Origin: Macrostomum lignano
Taxonomy: Eukaryota
DNA: 64,000 nucleotides
Direction: 5' to 3'
Assembly: GCA_002269645.1 (NCBI GenBank)
Contig: NIVC01002166.1
Span: forward strand, 1-64,000
A model generated the notes under the pieces. It ran no database searches and was not told the DNA's origin. It saw nothing but the letters and a program-made list of their open reading frames with translations. This document shows, piece after piece, positions 1-10,700 of the stretch (within the stretch, counting starts at the first letter, position 1; each line of letters begins with the position of its first letter). Both the position numbers and the translations under genes were made by a program.

Positions 1-1016
1 TCTCTCAAAGATCAAACCGTGTTGCTTGGATCAGGTATTAAGGACTAGGGTGAGGTAGTGACATGAGGAACTAGTGGATGATAGGTGTGGGATACATGTA
101 TTAATATTTGTACTGGCAGCATCACTAACTAGATGTGCGGCTTTCGCGGCGCGGCGGGCTTGCCAGAGTAGACAGACTGTTCCTCCAGAGTAGACTGGGG
201 GGACTTTACGGTAGCATGAGTGCAGCTGGACACTGGGAATGATGAAGAATAACTTATAAATTGGATAGTGCAAATTAAGTAGCGAATTTCTAATAGAAGC
301 ATTAGGTTTGTCTCCGGGGGGAAAGGCAGGCCGTGAGGACCTTCGTCCACTTTTTGGTTCGGTGAATAAAACATGTTGCCAGCCCCGCTAATATTCGGCT
401 TAATTATTCAGCTGTCCATAATCCAGAGCAAGCAGAGCACTGAGGACAATGCACCGCGCTGCTTGCCAGAGCGCGCTATCTTCATCCAGAATTCTATCCA
501 CTGTTGCTTCTTATTTTCTGCGATTTTTAAACCAGACTTCTCTCTGCGCCTCTTCAGTCCATGTCTGCTCAGCCTCACCTCTCCTTCGACTCCGAAATGC
601 CAGCTGATTCTGCGTGCCTCATCTTCGCTTCTCAGCCATCCCCCACTGCCAAGTGATCGGGTGGATTCGGATTATCAGTCCCGCTCGCATATTAATTAGT
701 TTGTCACCTGACGCTTGGTGTCTTGATGATGGGCGCGGGTTGGAGAAAATTTATTGATTGATATCGTCTTTTCCTCTCTTTATCTTGTAAGTGAAGTTCC
801 GTCCTGTCTCACCGGAGCTCAAGCAGATGTGAAACATAATAACAGGCTTGTAGTGTCGCGGTATTCAGCTGACAGTGTATTTATTAACTATAAACTATAT
901 TAAAATAAAGCAGATTGGTTCAACATGCGTTAATCTATGAACCTACTTGGTTTATCGAAGGATTTAATTAAACAAATATTATCAGTGTCAAGTTTGACGC
1001 ATTCGAGTGTGCGCCA

Positions 1017-2644
1017 TCAGTTCCCCAGACAGGCCAACCCCCGTCTGCACCTCAGTCTCAATGAGTTGAGCATTCCGCACACCTGCTGTTTGAAAAACCT
1101 GTTCATACAGCCGTAGATGACCGGGTTCACTCCGTGGTTGATGAAGTAGAAATAGTACACTGTCTGCATGAACAGCCCGCCCAGGCCCACGTGGCTGCCC
1201 TCGTCGCTGCTGCTCCCTCCTTCTGACCCGCTGGAGCCGCTGCTGTACAGCCTCCGCCACCAGCTGCTGTTCTGCTGCTGGCTGTAGTTGCCTCCGGATG
1301 CCGCCGCCGAGCTCCAGTTGCCGAAGCTTGCCGCGGCAGCTTGGTACGACTGCCAGTCGCTTAAGTTGATGCCTCCAGTCGTCGCGCCGCCCGACCTCCG
1401 GCGGCCCGGCCTCTTGCAGGTGGAACACCAGAAAGAAGGGCAAATAAGAGAGCAGATAAAAGAAAGTGATGATGCTCAACACCTTGGCTGTTTTTTGTGC
1501 GGCCGCTTCCTAGTCCGCTCTGACAGGTGCTTCTGCGCCTGCGCCAGGCGGTTGCTCACCACCGAGTCTTCGCGACGCTGGCTGCCGACCAGCATTCGGC
1601 GCTGCTCGGGCGCCTCTTCGTCAGCTTCTTCTTCACGTCTCGGCTCGGCCTCCTGGCTGTTACCGTCATCATCGGCCACGCTGATTTCCTTGTTGGCAAA
1701 CTTCACCGCACAGCTTGAGGCGGCGGCTTCTTGCCGCCCAGTGCCTGGTCGATGTCCGTCTCTAGGATGCCGTTGTTCTGCCTGTCCGGCTGGCAGTCGT
1801 TGATTCTGTTGATGCCGTCGGCATTGGTATTGTTGGCTATTGAGCTGCGGCCAGCCTTGCCCTTGTCCTTGCTTGTCCTTGGCGTTGGAGACGCGGCTGA
1901 CGTAGCTTCGCGATTTGTCCCAGCGACGCGCTGCCGCTTGCGCACGAAGTAGAAAATATTGGCGTAGAAAAACATAATAGCCAGCAGCATGCACAGGAAC
2001 AGCAGTGTCAAGCAGGCCTTGTACACCCTGACGGTGATCATTGGCAGGATGCTGTAGTCGGCGATGCAGTGAGCCATGGTGACCGGCCGGCTGAGGACTC
2101 GGCCGGGCAGTTTCACAATCACTGTCCGCCTGGTGCCAGTCGTCAATCCAAGCGGGGTGCCCACGGCGAAGCCCAGCAGCAGGGTGAGGCCGATGAGTCG
2201 CACGGCCTGTCGCCGGCCGGTCTGAATGCCGGGCACGAAGCAGATGATGGCGAAGCGGTCCACCGCGATCAGGCAGAGCAGGAAGGCGGATGACGTCACC
2301 AGAGAGCAGCGGAGAATGTGAAAGATTTTGCACATGAAGTCGGTGGTGGCGGCCCGCCAGACGTCCTGATAGATGGTTGACGGAATGACAACAGAACAGA
2401 CGGTCAGGTCCAGCGTGGCCAGCGCGATCACGTACACATTCTGGGGCAGCTCGCGAAGTCCCCTATGAAAGAAGAAGACAACAAGGATGTTGCCAAACAG
2501 GCCGATCAGGGCCAGAGCGCCCAGTGACAGTGTGATGGCTACCGACATGGCCAGGGGCAGCTCGCCGCCCTGCTGAGTGGCCTGCATCATCTGGCTTAGT
2601 TGGGAGTCCCGGATACTGCTGTTGCTGCTCATAGTGAACTTCAT
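1017..2644 (-). CDS. Rhodopsin-like (class A) GPCR, orphan/peptide-receptor type; coding region intronless but broken by three +/-1 frameshifts (assembly error or pseudogene)
   Basis: ORF 1703..2950 gives TM1-5 (GLFGNILV, LATLDL, DRF). A frame change at ~1705 gives an acidic ICL3 ending RKRPHKK. A change at the T-run 1491-1496 gives TAKVLSIITFFYLLSYLPFFLVF (TM6). A change at ~1390 gives a S/G-rich ECL3 and TM7 YFINHGVNPVIYGCMNRFF, with TGA at 1019-1017. Start at 2644 (MKFTMSS) or 2632. Confidence 0.88.
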
Positions 2645-2754
2645 TTCTGCTGTGTTGCTTCTGCTGCTGTTTGTTGGCTTTTCTTCTGTGGAAGGTTTTG
2701 GCAAAAGAGAAATCTGTATGTAGAGATTGTAGATATGTATATGGAGTAGAGATT

Positions 2755-3014
2755 CTGCCCATTCCTCTGACTCGAGCACATGCAAGCGCGCCAACACAGT
2801 ACACAGGCACGCAATGTACACACGCTCACACAGGGTGTACAGCGGTCCTGACTGTCTAATCGTCAGGCATGTGCCTTGAAGGCTGACCCTCATGGCTGTG
2901 AATCGCACGACAACCCCCCACCTGTCAATTTTTGAGCTCACGAGCCCCAAAACGGAATCGAACTTGGGGTCGCGCGCGAGTCAGACTTGTTTAACGTTGA
3001 GCTGCTCTGGCCCC
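2755..3014 (-). mobile_element. tRNA-derived SINE-like element, most complete copy
   Basis: Minus strand head GGGGCCAGAGCAGCTCAACGTTAA (A-box-like) ... AAGTTCGATTCC (B-box-like). The body has a CCTGAC-N9-GTCAGG hairpin and CAGGGTGTAC, and is homologous to 5 other copies in the window. Confidence 0.65.
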
Positions 3015-4004
3015 ATGGGGTGATAGAGACTTGCATGGTTGTTTAAATGAGTGCAGCATGGACTTTAAGTCTTCAGTCGGTAAAGCTGACATTGCTATTC
3101 TACACAAGTGCATTCTATCAAAGCATTTCTGCGCTCCTCTCCTATCCACAAAGCGTCAGTCGGCGGCCCCTCTAACACCGAGGGAGCAATTTCACTCTGC
3201 CAGTTCATATGTTGAGAGGACTTTGAGGAGGTTCTTTCAGCTGTTCGCGTTGACTTAACGGAAGCAAAACAGTTGCTTCAAGCTGCGTACGTGTCCCTGC
3301 AACAATGATTTCTGCGAGGTTTAGCAGCGTACGCAGGCGGGAAACAGATCCGTGGGAAGTGTTTCAGCCGCGGGCGCGTGAATGTCAGGCTTATCCGGGT
3401 GTATCGTGTTGCACGGTTAGCCTATAAGTTTGGCCTTGCTGCGGAGTCTGAGCGGGAAGCTGAGAACAAATTTCCCGCTTGCAAGAAATGTAAAACGGTT
3501 GCTAAGGCCCGCGTTTCTCGCAATCCCAGGGCTTGTCCCAATTTTCTGACTGGTTAAAGAATTATTTATTGTCAGTTCTCAACTTACATTTTGCTTTGCC
3601 AGGCAGATGCGAAATGCAAACTGAAATCCTTGCGCCTTCCACTGTCGGATGGGTTGCTTCTGGATGGAAAGCGCCGGGGGTGGTTATTTTATCCTAAAAA
3701 AAATCCTGCGGGCTCGCAGTGGGAAGAAAAGGGAGGAGAAGGGAAGTGGAAATCGACCTCTCCAGTCCGGCTATTGGCCAGGACAAAATTCTGCACTGGC
3801 CTGTTTGGACTGCGGAGGCGGAGTTGACTGAGAAGTGTATTCTCTCCTCTCTCTCTCTCTCGTCTCTCTCTCGTAATATTTGTGCAGCGGTTAGACTTGT
3901 TGATCAATGTAGCGATGCTAATGCGGAGATGATAGAGATAGCCATCGCAGAGATAAATATTGTTATAAAAATTATGGCATGCGGCCAGCTGACCCGCAGC
4001 CAGT

Positions 4005-4125
4005 GAGTCGAGCACGCGTGCTCATACAGGGTGTACATGGGCCCTGACTTCCTCATCATTAGTAGGAATGTACACACCCCGTGCCTTAGGCTAGAGCTGC
4101 ACAAGCCCCGAGGCAAGTTGAACGA
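4005..4125 (-). mobile_element. Diverged partial copy of the SINE-like family
   Basis: cagggtgtacatgggccctgact ... gagctgcacaagcccc ... gttgaac is colinear with 2820-2965. Confidence 0.5.
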
Positions 4126-5008
4126 GACAGTTCGAATAGTTCGAAACAGAGTTTGAAAGATAACTGTACCCTTTTATCCCAGTGTACTTTGTACAGCATA
4201 CTAGATTTTCTACAAAAAAGGCACTGTGGTGCGCGTGAGCTCACAAATGCTTTCTTCTACTCAATTGTTTGCCTCAGATAAGTATTGAACTGCCGCTTCC
4301 CATCTCTCTCTTCCCTCTCCCTACCTCTCTCTACCTCAGCACATTAGTTTTACCTGTTGGTTGATTCTGTCTACGCGTTCAAACCTTGCATTTTTTCCAT
4401 TCCTTTGTTGTGCCAGCGCAGTGCAGGGTTGCACGGCCTAAAAGCATAGATGATTTTTCAAAACTGCCTCCGCATCGTTAACATTTTACAGCCAGTTAAA
4501 TTGCCTGCTGACTTGTTGCTTATGCTTGAAATTATTTTGTCCCCCATTCATCTTGCCTGCATCAGCCGTTTTGCGTATACCAGTGTAGAGGATTTTTGTC
4601 CCCCTGGCAGAGAGCTGCGGCTGTGTGGGCTTTATTCTTTTCAACAATATATCTACATGTCGTGACCCGGGTCGGTTTGGGTGCCCAGTCCCGAGTACAA
4701 TATATTTTACGTAATCTAACAGGCGTAGTGACGCTCTGTCTGTACTTTTATGAATACGAGCAGGCGTGACGACGCTCTGCGATAATAGTTCGATTCCTCT
4801 GGTGTTGTGACACTCAGAGTTCACGCTGCGGCTCGAGGTGTGGTGACACTCTCGGGTGCTTCTAGTTTCGATACTGTAGGTTGTACACGCTATATAAAGT
4901 AACCGGTACAGTACTACAATAATACGCAATATACAACGCTGCTGTGCCGCAGTGGTCACAGTCGCAGGCGTGATGACGCTCTAGCTATGGAATCACTGCT
5001 ACGGCAAG

Positions 5009-5209
5009 GCCTCGGAAAAGCTAAAGAAGCGAATGAACTCGGGGGTCTTACCGGTGCCAGAAACTGTGGAGCTCGTTCGAGTATCGCTACCACTTGACCG
5101 CTTTATTTGTAGCTTTGGGTACCACAGATCGATAAACAGAGATGCCAAAATCCGAATTTGGACATGCAATAAATTGAGTCCCCGCAGTAAGAGACCGTAT
5201 AGACACGGC
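5009..5209 (-). ncRNA. Spliced-leader (SL) RNA-like sequence, interrupted (probable SL RNA pseudogene or variant)
   Basis: Minus 5209->5163 reads GCCGTGTCTATACGGTCTCTTACTGCGGGGACTCAATTTATTGCATG and ends in ATG like flatworm SL exons. GGTAAGACC (5052-5044), which can pair with GGTCTCTTAC, lies ~110 nt further on. Homologous to 54852-54948. Confidence 0.6.
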
Positions 5210-5604
5210 TCGCTTGAATATCGCTAGGTTAGATTGAAGAGCTAGGCACGGGCGCGGAGCGGAGAGCGGGGAGCTGGCTGGGCCAGGCTTGAGCACTCCA
5301 CTTAACAGGGTAGAGGGGCAGACAACGCGAGAGAGAGAGAGAGATGCCAAACAAAAGAGACGACCCTTCAGCCAATCAGCGTGCCCGCCGAGCAGATCTG
5401 ATTGACTGGGGGCCAGAAAAGAAAACCACAAAAACACAAGCCCAGCCAATCAGCGACCGCCGCGGGAAAGACTCAAGCCGGGCTGAGCGCCCCCCCCCCC
5501 AACCAGCCAGAACTGGTCTGGGGATGGCCGCCTAGGGCGCACATAAAAAACAACTCAAAAAGTGCAAGAGCACTCAACAGGCCAGACACTACATACGCGT
5601 GGAG

Positions 5605-5790
5605 CAGACCAGCTCAGCGGTGAACACAGCCATGAGGGCCAGCCCCAAGGCACAGATAGTGTACATGCTTGAGGATTAGAAAGTCAGGACCGCAGTACAC
5701 CCTGTGCGAGCGTGTGTATGAATGCAGTGCCTGCGTACTGTATTGGTGCGCTTGTGTGCGCTCAGGTCAGGAGTCAGTGGAATGGGCACA
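5605..5790 (+). mobile_element. Copy of the SINE-like family
   Basis: cacagccatgaggg ... gattagaaagtcaggaccgcagtacaccctgtg ... gtactgtattggtgcgcttg ... gagtcagtggaatgggca is the reverse complement of 2755-2910. Confidence 0.7.
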
Positions 5791-6299
5791 ATTGGTTCGC
5801 CCGTATCTCTTTTTTTGGCAACCATTGTCCGTCTTCTGTCCCATTCTGTGTTTCGCCTCTTGTCTTCCGTCTTCTACCCCTCTATATTGCTTGCTGCCTC
5901 TCTTTGCACCTTTCCCTCCCTTCTCCTCTGTTGTCAGTGGATAAACTTGGCCTTGATTTGAGCCCCCTTGTAGTGAAATTCGAATGCCTTATAGAAACTC
6001 CTGACTGGCTGCAGTTTGACATTGATTTTGCGTCAAAACCAGAACGCGGACACAAGGAATACGAACTGATTGAACTGTCGTAAAACTGGACAAAAAAGTT
6101 AAAAAGGAAGTTTGCCACACGGACAGGCCGACAGGGCAGGGTTAAAGTAACGACCTGCTTGCTTAGGGGCATGGAACCAATTCATTCATCACCAATATTA
6201 AAGCTGGAAGTGCAGCTCTGAAGGTCATTGGAAAACTGCAAAGCTGTGGGAGAGTGGCTTAAACTCTCTAGGCCATGACTGGTCAGCATCCTGTAGTTG

Positions 6300-6485
6300 G
6301 CCTGAGACTGAGAGAGACTGAGAGAAACTAGAGGTGGAGACTGAGAGAGACTGGAAGGAGACTGAGAGAGACTAGGGGTGGAGACGGAGAGAGACTGGGA
6401 GAGACCGAGAGAGACTGAAAGAGACTGAGAGAGACTGAAAGACGGGCAGAGATAGAGAGGGTGACAGAGAGAGAGAGGGAGACTG
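6300..6485. repeat. GA-rich microsatellite-like repeat (GAGAGAGACT)n
   Basis: Directly visible. Confidence 0.8.
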
Positions 6486-6941
6486 AGGCTGTGTAGCACC
6501 AAGCAATAGTACTCTGCAAAAGTGCACGTTATTTGTTGTAAGTTACTTGTCTATGCCAGATCTACCGAACGTTCGACCGCACCCATAGGCGACACTGTAC
6601 CCCTTTAGTTATCACAGAGTCCTCTGGACTAATTTGCAATAGATTTATCCCTTGCTTGAGTATAATTGCCATTCCTAGCAAAGAAAGTGTTTAACCCGGC
6701 GAGTCCGTCTATGTTCTTTGTTCTAAACCTTTTCATTTTGCTGCTTCAAGTGTCTTTGACTTTGAAAAAAACTTATAGGCTTTGCTAAAATTGAAAGTCT
6801 CTTAAACTTAACGATGTCTAAAAAGGGATACAAGTGGTTTAATTGGCATTTTATTAGTTCTTTTGCACGACCTTTGCACTGCTGACTGATATTTTCTGTC
6901 AGCCGCAAACTTTCACCTGCGTCACATCAAGCATCTCTTTT

Positions 6942-7665
6942 GTCACACCAAGCGTCACCCCAGAGAGTCACACCAAGCGTCACCCCAGAGTCACACCAAG
7001 CGTCACCCCAGAGAGTCACACCAAGCGTCACCCTCCAGCGAGTCACACCAAGCGTCACCCCAGAGAGTCACACCAAGCGTCACCCTCCAGCGAGTCACAC
7101 CAAGCGTCACCTCAAAGAGTCACACCAAGCGTCACCCCAGAGAGTCACATCAACCGTAACCCCACAGAGAGTCACACCAAGCGTCACCCCAGAGAGTCAC
7201 ACCAGGCGTCACATCAGAGTCACACCAAGCGTCACCCCAGAGAGTCACATCAACCGTAACCCCACAGAGAGTCACACCAAGCGTCACCCCAGAGAGTCAC
7301 ACCAGGCGTCACATCAAAGAGTCACACCAAGCGTCACCCCAGAGAGTCACATCAACCGTCACCCCAGAGAGTCACATCAACCGTCACCCCAGAGAGTCAC
7401 ATCAACCGTCACCCCAGAGAGTCACATCAACCGTCACCCCAGAAAGTCACATCAAGCGTCACCCCAGAAAGTCACACCAAGAGTCACCCCAGAGAGTCAC
7501 ATCAACCGTCACCCCAGAGAGTCACATCAACCGTCACCCCAGAGAGTCACATCAACCGTCACCCCAGAGAGTCACATCAACCGTCACCCCAGAGAGTCAC
7601 ATCAACCGTCACCCCAGAGAGTCACATCAACCGTCACCCCAGAGAGTCACACCAAGCGTCACTCA
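6942..7665. repeat. Intronic minisatellite, ~25-bp unit GAGAGTCACACCAAGCGTCACCCCA
   Basis: Visible tandem array. It accounts for the repetitive N-terminal part of ORF 6940..8685. Confidence 0.93.
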
Positions 7666-7701
7666 GCGTCACTCAAATCAAGTTTCTCTTTGCGCCCGCA
7701 G

Positions 7702-10700
7702 GCTGACAGCTCCGGCGACGCGCCGCAGTCAGCCAGCTGGTCATTCGACGAAGTCAAGGAGGTGCACCTTCGCCGCTACGAGCTCCGCGACAACGCCCTC
7801 GAGATTTTTCTGGCCAACGGTGCCGCCTACCTGCTGGCGTTTCAGTCGCCTCGCGATCGCGACGAAGTGGCCCGCGTGGTGGACGGCCTGGAGTTGGACA
7901 GCCGCGTCCGCCAGCTCACAGTTGACGAGGCCCAGCGCCAGTGGGTCACCGGCCAGATGAGCAACTTCGAGTACTTGGCCTTCCTCAACACGGCCTCTGG
8001 CAGGTCCTACAACGACCTCATGCAGTACCCCGTGTTCCCCTGGGTCCTGGCCGACTACGACTCCGTCGAGCTGGACCTGACCCAGCCGGCCACCTTCCGC
8101 GACCTCGCTAGGCCGATCGGCACCCAGGACGACTCGGCCGTGGCCCGGCACCGGGACAAATACGAAGTGCTGGACAGGCAGTACAGGGAGCTCGGACCGG
8201 ACCACGCCACGCCGCCCTATCACTATTCGAGTCACTATTCGAACTCGGGCACCGTGCTGCACTACTTGGTCCGCCTGCCGCCCTACACCCAGCTGTTCAC
8301 CGTGTACCAGGACCGGCACTTCGACCTGCCCGATCGGACTTTTCACTCCATCCGAACCAGCTGGCGCTTGAGCTCGAAGCTGTCGGACTCGGACGTCAAG
8401 GAGCTCATTCCGGAGTTCTTCTGCCTGCCGGAGTTTTTTATCAACAGCGAGGAGCTCGACTTCGGCGTCAAGCAGTCCGGAGTTCGAGTTGACAATGTCG
8501 AACTGCCGCCCTGGGCCGCCGATGATCCGCGCCGGTTCGTCCTCATTCACCGGGCCGCCCTGGAGTCGCCGCTCGTCACTGAGAAACTGCACAAGTGGAT
8601 TGACCTCATCTTCGGGTACAAGCAGACAGGTAATGTTCGGCTTGCTTGCTATGGGATTGAGGATCTGGGGGGATTATGGACTTAGGTGGAGATTGGGGAT
8701 CTGGGTGGAGATTGGGGATCTGGGTGGAGATTGGGGATCTGGGTAGAGATTGGGGATCTGGGTGGAGATTGGGGATCTGGGTTGAGATTGGGGATCTGGG
8801 TTTAGATTGGGATCTGGGTTGAGATTAGGGACTTGGGTTGAGATTGGGGATCTGGGTTGAGATTGGGGATCTGGGTTGAGATTGGGGATCTGGGTTGAGA
8901 TTGGGGTTCTGGGTTGAGATTGGGGATCTGGGTTTAGATTGAGGATCTGGGTTGAGATTAGGGATCTGGGTTTAGATTGAGGATCTGGGTTGAGATTGGG
9001 GATCTGGGTTTAGATTGGGGATCTGGGTTTAGATTGGGGATCTGGGTTGAGATTGGGGATCTGGGTTGAGATTGGGGATCTGGGTTTAGATTGGGGATCT
9101 GGGTTGAGATTGAGGATCTGGAGAAGAGATTGAGGATCTGGATATGATATTGAGGATCTGGGGATGACATTGAGGATCTGGAGAAGAGATTGAGGATCTG
9201 GAGAAGAGATTGAGGATCTGGATATGATATTGAGGATCTGGGGATGACATTGAGGATCTGGAGAAGAGATTGAGGATCTGGAGAAGAGATTGAGGATCTG
9301 GGGATGAGATTGAGGATCTGGGGATGAGATTGAGGATCTGGGGTGAGATTAGGGATATGGGGATGAGATTAGGGATCTGAGGATGAGAATAGGGATCTGG
9401 GTTGAGATCGAGGATCTGAAGGTGAGATTGAGGATCTGGGTGAGATTGAGGATCTGTGGGTTAGATTGAGGATCTTGGGGTGAGATTGAGGATCTTGGGG
9501 TGAGATTGAGGATCTGGGGGTGAGACTGAGGATCTAGGGGCGAGATTAGGCATCTGGGGGGAGATTGAGGATCTGGGGGTGAGATTATCCGATAGCTAAA
9601 TCTGCCTAAAAACTTTGTCGTCTCCTCTTAAACGCGCAGGCAAGGCGGCGCTCAGCTCGGTGAACCTGTTCCACCCGTACACCTACTTCGGCGCCATCGA
9701 CCTGGACCAGATCGACGACCCGGTGCGGCGCCGCGCCATCGAGACGATGATCAAGACGTACGGCCAGACGCCTAAGCAGCTGTTCCGATCGCCGCACCAG
9801 CCGCCTGTGGCAGCGGCGCCTCGCTCTGGCCGGGTGCCCGGGGCTTTCGGCGTTCGATTTGGAAATTATTGCGGCTCGCCAGACTGCCAGGCCCCGCCCC
9901 AGGTGCGCTGCCGGGATGGGGCCAGCTGGGGCCGGCCTGTGTGGTGCTTCTGCCACTACAGGATCCGTGATATTATACTGGATCACCTTCCCAGATCCTC
10001 AGTTGCTGGGCCAGCTATCAACCTCCCAGATCCTCAGTTTCTGGGCCAGCCTCCCAGATCCTCAGTTTCTGGGCCAATCTCCCAGATCCCTAGTTCCCTA
10101 GTTTCCGGGCCAGCCTCCCAGATCCCCAGTTTCTGGGCCAGCTTCCCAGATCCTCAGTTTCTGGGCCAGCCTCCCAGATCCTCAGTTTCTAGGCCAGCCT
10201 CCCGGATCCTCAGTTTCTGGGCCAGCCTCCCGGATCCTCAGTTTCTAGGCCAGCCTCCCGGATCCTCAGTTTCTGGGCCAGCCTCCCGGATCCTCAGTTT
10301 CTGGGCCAGCTTCCCAGATCCTCAGTTGCTGGGCCAGCCTCCCAGATCCTCAGTTTCTGGGCCAGCTTCCCAGATCCTCAGTTGCTGGGCCAGCCTCCCA
10401 GATCCTCAGTTGCTTGGCCAGCCGTCAACCTACCAGATCCTCAGTTTCTGGGCCAGCCTCCCAGATCCTCAGTTTCTGGGCCAGCCTCCCGGATTCTCAG
10501 TTTCTGGGCCAGCTTCTCAGATCCTCAGTTTCTGGGCCAGCCTCCCAGATCCTCAGTTTCTGGGCCAGCCTCCCAGATCCTCAGTTTCTGGGCCAGCCTC
10601 CCAGATCCTCAGTTTCTGGGCCAGCCTCCCAGATCCTCAGTTTCTTGGCCACTGCCAGCCTCTCAGATGCTTAATCCCCTCTCTTCCGCTGGACCACAGG

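Noticed and set aside
4720-4985. Three or four dispersed AGGCGTGA..GACGCTCT motifs downstream of the SL-like copy
   Set aside because: Too short and degenerate to assign, and absent from the second SL-like locus.
5033-6502. Short ORFs around 5.0-6.9 kb as possible upstream LYST exons or a transposase
   Set aside because: None encodes the expected first half of the PH domain or any DDE motif I can recognise.
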